64,000 nucleotides of DNA from positions 1 to 64,000 of the IMG/VR virus record IMGVR_UViG_3300043120_000083; one strand, written 5' to 3'. A model generated the notes under the pieces. That model was not told where the DNA came from. It saw only the letters and a program-made list of their open reading frames with translations, and did no database searches. Position numbers and translations under genes: made by a program. This stretch comes from a virus. Its lineage: Duplodnaviria; Caudoviricetes. Shown in pieces: positions 57,798-64,000 of this stretch. Position 1 is the first letter of the stretch. Each line of letters begins with the position of its first letter.

Positions 57798-57883
57798 AAC
57801 GGTACGGCAATATGATTAGTTGCCACACCACAGACTTTGAAATTTAGTAATAATTTGACAGGCAATTAATTATATTGCTTGTC
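57798..57883. repeat. attC-like site S5
   Basis: AAC(57798), GGCAATATGATTAGTTGCC (57806-57824) / GGCAATTAATTATATTGCT (57861-57879), GTC(57881). Confidence 0.8.
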
Positions 57884-57901
57884 ATAAATCTGATAAAAAT
57901 T

Positions 57902-58090
57902 ATGAGGAAACTAACTCAAGAACAAAAACAAATGATGGATAGAGCAATAAAGTTTGCACCAGCACGACAGATATTTATGTGGGTGTGGTGGGAGATTTTT
58001 TGCCACCGAAAAGCAGATAAACTTATAAAATGTGTAGAAGTTGGAATGACTTGGATCGCTGCATACACAATCGCAAAAAATGTGCGATAA
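57902..58090 (+). CDS. integrase-proximal cassette hypothetical protein
   Basis: 62 aa from ATG 57902. Confidence 0.55.
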   Translation: MRKLTQEQKQMMDRAIKFAPARQIFMWVWWEIFCHRKADKLIKCVEVGMTWIAAYTIAKNVR

Positions 58091-58099
58091 TTTTTATTT

Positions 58100-58144
58100 G
58101 TTTATAACTATTATATATAAATATTTACCTTTAAACATTTGATT
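58100..58144 (-). other. putative attI-like site
   Basis: GTTTATAAC (58100-58108; minus strand GTTATAAAC) closes the last cassette. It is followed by AT-rich DNA and the integrase start, not by a hairpin. Confidence 0.5.
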
Positions 58145-58954
58145 ATGAATATAAAACACAAATCAACATTAGGAAAATTTGAAAAATATCTTAACCTTAA
58201 AGGATATTCTAAAAGGACTATTGATATGTATATTCATTACACAAAAGAATATATTAATAGTTTTAATAAGCCAGCCATACATTTAACAATTAAAGATTGT
58301 CAGAATTATATAGAATCATATAAATTTTCTTCTAAATCTCAACAAAACCAAATTTATTCATCTTTAAAGGCATACTATAAAAGTGTGTTGAATATTGATC
58401 TTTCACATAAAATATTTTTAGAACGTCCCAGAAAAGAAAAACGTCTTCCACAAATAATAGAGAAAGAATACCTATTGTCCTGTATCAATAATATCAAAAA
58501 TTTAAAACACAAGTCAATAATTTCTTTAGGGTTTTCGGTAGGATTAAGAGTTTCTGAGGTTTGTAATTTAAAGATTGAAGATATTGATTCAAAAAGAATG
58601 ATTATTAATATAAGGCAAGCTAAAGGGAGAAAAGATAGGGTTGTGCCCTTATCTCAGAATATACTTAATCTTTTAAGGGAATATTATAAACAATACAGAC
58701 CAAAAACTTATTTATTTAACGGGCAAAATTCAATCAAATATTCTCCAACTTCCTGCAATAAAATAGTAAAGAAATATATTGGGGAACAATATCATTTTCA
58801 CCAATTAAGACATTCATCCTTCACCTCTCTTTTAGAATCAGGAACAGATTTAAGGATAATACAAAAACTTGCTGGTCATCAAAATTCCAAAACTACAGAA
58901 CTTTATACACATGTATCAAATGAGACTCTTTCTAAAATAAGCCTTCCTATTTAA
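58145..58954 (+). CDS. integron-integrase-like tyrosine recombinase
   Basis: N-terminal SAM-like 'GYSKRTIDMY', 'PRKEKRLP', R 'GLRVSE', K 'AKGRKDR', HxxR 'HQLRHS', 'GTDLRIIQKLAGH', Y 'TTELYTHV'. Confidence 0.9.
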   Translation: MNIKHKSTLGKFEKYLNLKGYSKRTIDMYIHYTKEYINSFNKPAIHLTIKDCQNYIESYKFSSKSQQNQIYSSLKAYYKSVLNIDLSHKIFLERPRKEKRLPQIIEKEYLLSCINNIKNLKHKSIISLGFSVGLRVSEVCNLKIEDIDSKRMIINIRQAKGRKDRVVPLSQNILNLLREYYKQYRPKTYLFNGQNSIKYSPTSCNKIVKKYIGEQYHFHQLRHSSFTSLLESGTDLRIIQKLAGHQNSKTTELYTHVSNETLSKISLPI

Positions 58955-59418
58955 TGCAAACAATCACTATCTATACAGACGGTTCATGTTACTATAAAAC
59001 CCGACAAGGAGGTTTTGGTGTTTATATAGTAAATACAGGTCGGGCAATACATAAAGGGTACGATAACACTACCACAGCACGAATGGAGATTAGAGGGGTG
59101 CTAACTGCAATAAAACAGATAAAAAACACTCCCTGTAGAGTGATAATAAAATGTGATAACGAATATTGTGTAAAAACAATCCGGGAAGGTTGGATTTACA
59201 AATGGGCACATGAAGGATGGGAAGGAAGAAAAAATAGTGATTTATGGCAGGAAGTTTTGGTAGAGATAAATAAAAGACCTAACGTTGTGTTTCGTTTAGA
59301 ATGGGTAAGAGGACACCAAAAAGACTTGAATGACGAAGATACTTTCTATAACAACTTAGTTGATAAACTTGCAGACTATAAACAATTCACAGAAAGAGAA
59401 ATAGATTTAAAAGAATAA
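58954..59418 (+). CDS. rnhA: ribonuclease HI
   Basis: 'IYTDGS', 'TTARME', 'DNEY', 'KNSDLW', 'WVRGH', 'NNLVDKLA'. Confidence 0.92.
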   Translation: MQTITIYTDGSCYYKTRQGGFGVYIVNTGRAIHKGYDNTTTARMEIRGVLTAIKQIKNTPCRVIIKCDNEYCVKTIREGWIYKWAHEGWEGRKNSDLWQEVLVEINKRPNVVFRLEWVRGHQKDLNDEDTFYNNLVDKLADYKQFTEREIDLKE

Positions 59419-59423
59419 AACCT

Positions 59424-60884
59424 ATGAAAGATTCAATTTACCAATCAAAGATTTATGAAATTTACGACAACACAAACAAAAACATCTTTATTAATGCCAG
59501 TGCCGGCAGCGGTAAGTCGCATATTTTAAGGCAGTTATGTAAAAGAACACCTCCGAATAAAAGAATATGTTTTTTAGCTTTCAATAAAAGTATAAAAGAG
59601 GAAGCAGAGGTAAAATTCCCTCCTAAGGTTGACATCAGTACTTCACACTCTAAAGGCTATAAGATTTTACGAGATAATATAAATATGAATGTAACCCTAA
59701 ATGAGAATAAAAACTTCATCTATTGTAAAAACACATTAAGAGATAAGAAATTCCCTAACCAACGTAAAAGAAATGCCTACTTTTTTATTATTAGTGACAT
59801 CATAAACTTTGTGAAGTTAAACCTTGCCCCACACACAATAGAAGGAATAAATGGAATATGCCAAAAGTTTGGTATCCCGGTAAGCCCGGAACAAATAAAA
59901 GACACAATTAAGGTATTGAAAGAAATAGAGAGTTGGGAGAAGAACTTGAACGGGAAGAAACCAAAGTTTATTAATTATACTGATATGCTTTATCTGGCTG
60001 TCACGAAAGTTAAACCTGAGAATTTCCCTAAGTATGATGTTGTGTGCCTTGATGAAGTGCAAGATTTTAACGTTCTTCAACAAAAATTAACACTTAATCT
60101 TTTGAAGCCTAACGGTAGATTAATAGCAGTAGGAGATGAAAAACAAAATATCTATGGATTCATAGGAGCTTCATTAGATACCTTTAATTTCTTCAAGAAT
60201 AGACCAAATACTGAATCATTAACTCTCCCTATGACGTACCGTTGTGGAAAGAAAATAGTTGAGTTAGCTAATACTATCTTTCCTGAAGGAACAATCCCGT
60301 TTGAAGAAAATAAAGATGGGGAAATACGTAAAGGAGAAGTAATAGGAGCAACTGATGGGGATTTGATTATTTGCCGGAACAATAAACCTCTAATTAAAGC
60401 ATGGATAAAATTAGCTGCACAAAAACAAAAAGCGTATATCATAGGCAAAGACTTCGGATTTACTTTAAAAGGTATATTGTTCGGACTTAAACATATTACG
60501 GACATACAGGTAGTTCTATCGGACAAAATAACGGAGTTAGTTGATTTAGGTATCACCAACCCAACTTCTAATAAATCATATCAAGCATTGAAAGAAAAAT
60601 GTGATATAATAGAATTACTATATGAAGAAATTGGAGACCTAAGAGAAGTAACAAAAGTAATAGACAGTATATTCCAGAAAGATGAAACAGGGAAAGGAGT
60701 AAGGATGTCAACCATACATAAAGCCAAAGGGCTGGAGGCTGAAAGATGCTTTATCCTAAATTGGGGATTGTTACCTTCAGAATATGCAACAACAGAAAGC
60801 GAACTGTATGGGGAACGTTGTCTTCAGTATGTAGCAATAACAAGAGCAAAAAGCGAATTAGTATTTACAGAAATAGATGTTTAA
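59424..60884 (+). CDS. UvrD/Rep-like SF1 helicase
   Basis: 'ASAGSGKS', 'LAFN', 'LDEVQD', 'VGDEKQNIYGF', 'TYRC', 'STIHKAKGLE', 'YVAITRAK'. Confidence 0.92.
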   Translation: MKDSIYQSKIYEIYDNTNKNIFINASAGSGKSHILRQLCKRTPPNKRICFLAFNKSIKEEAEVKFPPKVDISTSHSKGYKILRDNINMNVTLNENKNFIYCKNTLRDKKFPNQRKRNAYFFIISDIINFVKLNLAPHTIEGINGICQKFGIPVSPEQIKDTIKVLKEIESWEKNLNGKKPKFINYTDMLYLAVTKVKPENFPKYDVVCLDEVQDFNVLQQKLTLNLLKPNGRLIAVGDEKQNIYGFIGASLDTFNFFKNRPNTESLTLPMTYRCGKKIVELANTIFPEGTIPFEENKDGEIRKGEVIGATDGDLIICRNNKPLIKAWIKLAAQKQKAYIIGKDFGFTLKGILFGLKHITDIQVVLSDKITELVDLGITNPTSNKSYQALKEKCDIIELLYEEIGDLREVTKVIDSIFQKDETGKGVRMSTIHKAKGLEAERCFILNWGLLPSEYATTESELYGERCLQYVAITRAKSELVFTEIDV

Positions 60885-60900
60885 TATATAAATAATAACT

Positions 60901-61200
60901 ATGAACTATTTAATTCCAATCCCTAACGGGCAATGCCTTTCAACTAAGAGATTGAAAGAGGTTAAAAAATTTATCCCTGAGAATAACGTTCTCAGGTTAC
61001 ATTTAGTAAATGAGAAACTTTCTCTAAATCAGAATAAGAAATACCAACCTCAACCGTACATCGTTCAAATAACTCAAAAAGAAATGGATGAAATAAAGAA
61101 AGAGATCAATAAAAAAGCAAAGTATAATTTGAATGAGGTTTATATCCTTGTTCAATCTCGTAATTTACCAATTGTAAAAATAGAAGTAGGAAATGAATAA
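60901..61200 (+). CDS. hypothetical protein
   Basis: 99 aa ORF. Confidence 0.5.
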   Translation: MNYLIPIPNGQCLSTKRLKEVKKFIPENNVLRLHLVNEKLSLNQNKKYQPQPYIVQITQKEMDEIKKEINKKAKYNLNEVYILVQSRNLPIVKIEVGNE

Positions 61201-63862
61201 ATACACAAGAGAGGAAGCTGTAAAAGCAGCAACGAAGTATTTCGGTGGAGATAGTTTAGCCGGGAATGTGTGGACAGATAAATATTCTTTGAAGGATTCA
61301 GAAGGGAATATTTACGAAAAAACCCCGGATGATATGCACTGGAGGTTAGCAAGGGAGTTAGCACGTATTGAAGCTAAATACCCAAACCCCATGAGCGAAG
61401 AACAAATATTTGGGCTATTAAAAGAGTTTAGGTATTTAGTTCCTCAAGGTGGCCCGATGGCTGGTATTGGAAATAATTTTGTAACAACATCCCTCAGTAA
61501 CTGTTTCGTCATCCCATCTGCAAAAGATTCATATTCAGGGATAATGAAGACAGATCAAGAACAGGTTCAAGTTATGAGGCGAAGAGGAGGTTGCGGACAT
61601 GATATTTCAACCCTTCGCCCTCATGGAACAACAGCCAATGGAGCTAAACTTAAAGGGAATACTGGTTCTACTTTGTTTATGGAACGTTTCTCTAATTCAA
61701 CAAGGGAGACTGCTCAGGACTCAAGAAGGGGAGCACTTATGTTAAGTATGGATATAAAACATCCAGATGCAGAAAGATTTATTGACATGAAAGTTGACAC
61801 TAATAAAGTTACCGGGGCCAATATTTCTGTAAGAATTTCTGATGATTATATGGAAAGCGTTAAGCACAAAGGAAAGTTTAAACAACAATTCCCTATTGAT
61901 TCAGAAAAACCCATAATGGAAAAAGAAATAGAAAGTAAAAAATTGTGGGATAAAATAATTCATAATGCGTGGAAGTCAGCAGAACCCGGAATTTTATTTT
62001 GGGATAATATTTTAAATGAATCTCCAGCTAAAGGGTATGGGGAGGATTGGAAAGAAACATCAACTAATCCGTTAGCCAATTAAATAACGTGCGGATTTAA
62101 AACCTCTTCTTATTGACTTGGACGGTGAACACACACCTACAGGGGGCAAGTTTAAATACAGCTTGAGAGACTAAGCGAAGAGGACACGAAAGTGTATGCG
62201 ATAGTCCAGCGCACAGTAAGAAAGTGTTTGATACTTACGGTGTGAGGCGGTGAGATTCCCCTTAACCCACAAGATAGCTGTAGATTACTGGCTATCAACT
62301 TGTTTTCTTATGTGAATAATCCTTTCACTAAAGAGGCACAATTTGATTTCGGTTTGTTTAAAAAGCATGTAAAATATGCCCAAAGATTAATGGATGATAT
62401 AGTTGACCTTGAGATTGAAAAGATTGATAAAATTATTGAAAAGGTTTTAAAAGACCCAGAACCATTAGAAGTAAAACAAGTTGAATTAAACCTATGGAAA
62501 AACGTAAAAGAACGTGCATTAGAAGGCCGAAGAACCGGATTAGGAGTAACTGCTGAAGGAGATATGTTAGCAGCCTTAAACATGGTATATGGTACTGAAT
62601 TAGCCACTTCATTTAGTGAAGACGTTCATAAAAATTTAGCCATTGCTGCTTATGAGTCTTCTATTGATATGGCTAAAGAAAGAGGAACGTTTAAAATATG
62701 GGATAGAGAAAAAGATTTGAATGGTGGTTCTAAGTTCATTGATCGTATTTACAAACAACTTTCTTCAGAATACCAAAGGAAATGGATTGAGACTGGACGT
62801 AGAAACATTGCTTTGTTGACCATTGCTCCAACCGGAACAACCAGCCTGATGACACAAACAACTTCAGGAATTGAGCCTGTATTTTTGCCTTTCTATAAAA
62901 GAAGAAGGAAGACAGAAGACCCTGAAAAATGTGTATTTACTGATGAAGTTGGTGATATGTGGGAAGAATACATGGTTGTTCACCCTAAATATAAAATGTG
63001 GTATGAGATAAATAGAATGGGTTTTGTAGGTATTGATAAAGTAGATATTGAAGACCTCACGGAAGAAGAGATGGAAACCATCTACAAAATGTCTCCATAT
63101 TACAAAGCAACTTCTAGTGATGTTGATTATTTAGGTAAAGTTGATATGCAGGGTAGAGTTCAAAAGTGGGTTGATCACTCTATTAGTGTCACTATCAATA
63201 TGCCTAAAGAAGTTACAGAAGAAACTGTAGGTGAAGTTTACATGAAAGCATGGGAAGTTGGCTGTAAAGGGGTAACTGTTTACCGTGACGGTTCCCGGTC
63301 TGGAGTTCTTATCTCAGGTAAGGAAGAAAAGAAAGAAGGGGAAATAATTTACAACGATGCCCCTAAAAGACCCAAGAATTTGCCTGTAGATGTTTATCAC
63401 AAAATGGCTTTGGGTAAAGAGTTTACTATCCTTGTAGGTCTTTTAAAAGGAAAACCGTATGAAATATTTGCTTTTGAACAATTATCACAGTCAGAATTTC
63501 CTAAAGAGATAGAAAGGGCAGAGTTAACCAGAGTACGTAAGAATCACTACAGGTTAACCGGATACCGTGGAGAACAAAAGTTTGTCATCGAGAATATTGT
63601 GGAAAATATGAATGATGATGAGAAGTTTCAAACCCGTGATTTTTCTCGTAGTTTAAGGCATGGAGAACATCCTAAATATATCTGTAATGATATTGATAAG
63701 AGTTCTTTTGTGAGTAGTTTTAGGAAGGTTGTAAGTCGGGTTTTGAAAAACTATCTTACTAATGAGGATGTGAAAGACAAATGTCCTGATTGTGGGGGAG
63801 AACTTAAATTTGAGAGCGGGTGCAAACAATGCGATAATTGTGGGTGGTCAGCCTGTGGATAA
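61193..63862 (+). CDS. nrdJ: class II (adenosylcobalamin) ribonucleotide reductase; exons 61193-62072 and 62247-63862 (831 aa spliced)
   Basis: 'SLSNCFV', 'RRGALM', 'SAEPGILF'; splicing restores 'STNPCGEIPL'; 'TIAPTGT', 'GIEP', 'GCKGVTVYRDGSR'; C-terminal Zn ribbon. Confidence 0.93.
62073..62246 (+). ncRNA. group I self-splicing intron (174 nt, no ORF)
   Basis: Exon end AAUCCGU pairs with IGS GCGGAUU (62091-62097), U.G at the splice site. P3 CCUCUUC/GAAGAGG; P7 GACUA/UAGUC; P8 ACAC-GAAA-GUGU; terminal G at 62246. Confidence 0.9.
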
Positions 63863-63896
63863 TTTTAATATCCCAAAAATTTAAGTAAATAAGTTT

Positions 63897-63947
63897 AAAC
63901 CGTTGTAACTTGTTCTAATAAAATGGGTTGCAACGGTTTTCTTATTT
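63897..63947 (+). terminator. intrinsic terminator after nrdJ
   Basis: AAACCGTTGTAACTTGTT / AATGGGTTGCAACGGTTT stem plus T-rich tail. Confidence 0.7.
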
Positions 63948-64000
63948 AAACTCAATATAAATAACAATATTTTTCAATGTTTCGCTTTTTTCATACATAT

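Larger units (their letters stand above)
55074..58954. mobile_element. integron-like gene cassette array with tyrosine recombinase
   Basis: Six segments, each bounded by complementary GTT../..AAC boxes, separated by five attC-like hairpins; IntI-like integrase at 58145. Confidence 0.8.

Noticed and set aside
55184-57883. Hairpins S1-S5 read as intrinsic terminators or a CRISPR array
   Set aside because: Loops are 36-222 nt, there are no U-tracts after the stems, arm sequences differ from each other, and each is framed by AAC/GTT boxes. There are no identical direct repeats with regular spacers.
58145-58954. Integrase taken as evidence of a temperate lifestyle or prophage boundary
   Set aside because: Phage replication genes continue on both sides, no repressor or host genes are adjacent, and the enzyme abuts the cassette array. 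Lysogeny cannot be excluded from this window but is not supported.
62084-62299. Break in nrdJ read as a pseudogene, split gene or stop-codon recoding
   Set aside because: The gap has a complete group I intron core and precise removal restores NPCGE. Elsewhere TAA, TAG and TGA all end genes normally, so there is no sign of an alternative genetic code.
112-62607. Minus-strand ORFs and nested alternative-frame ORFs in the track
   Set aside because: All overlap well-supported + strand genes or sites, have no recognisable motifs, and look like antisense shadows of an AT-rich coding strand.
1-64000. tRNA or rRNA genes
   Set aside because: Intergenic gaps are short and I saw no cloverleaf with a TTC-containing T-loop. 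A tRNAscan-SE run would be needed to be certain.

Overview
AT-rich segment of a large contractile-tailed (myovirus-type) phage. Essentially all real genes are on the + strand. The host is most likely in Bacteroidota, judging by TTTG-N19-TAnnTTTG promoters, A-rich starts without Shine-Dalgarno sites and Fib_succ_major domains. Gene order: tail/baseplate and fibre genes (1-11.6 kb); lysis genes (11.8-13.6 kb); further tail genes (13.7-18.3 kb); then a long replication, recombination and nucleotide-metabolism region (DnaQ-like exonuclease, intein-containing TerL, DnaB-like helicase, primase, dUTPase, ThyX, DnaE, SSB, SbcCD, RecA, RuvC-like resolvase, LigA, helicases, RNase H, NrdJ). Main discovery: a phage-encoded integron-like gene-cassette array at about 54.9-58.95 kb. 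It has six small cassettes delimited by AAC/GTT core boxes and five attC-like hairpins, and ends at an attI-like half site just 5' of an IntI-like tyrosine recombinase that lacks the IntI-specific insertion. Other notable items: a relic diversity-generating retroelement (adenine-poor VR inside a tail gene plus a 35-nt TR fragment, no RT in the window); a 174-nt ORF-less group I intron splitting the catalytic Cys codon of nrdJ; two differently circularly permuted Fib_succ_major domains in tail proteins; and a recurrent palindromic promoter motif. All product calls come from motif recognition by eye, not from database searches.
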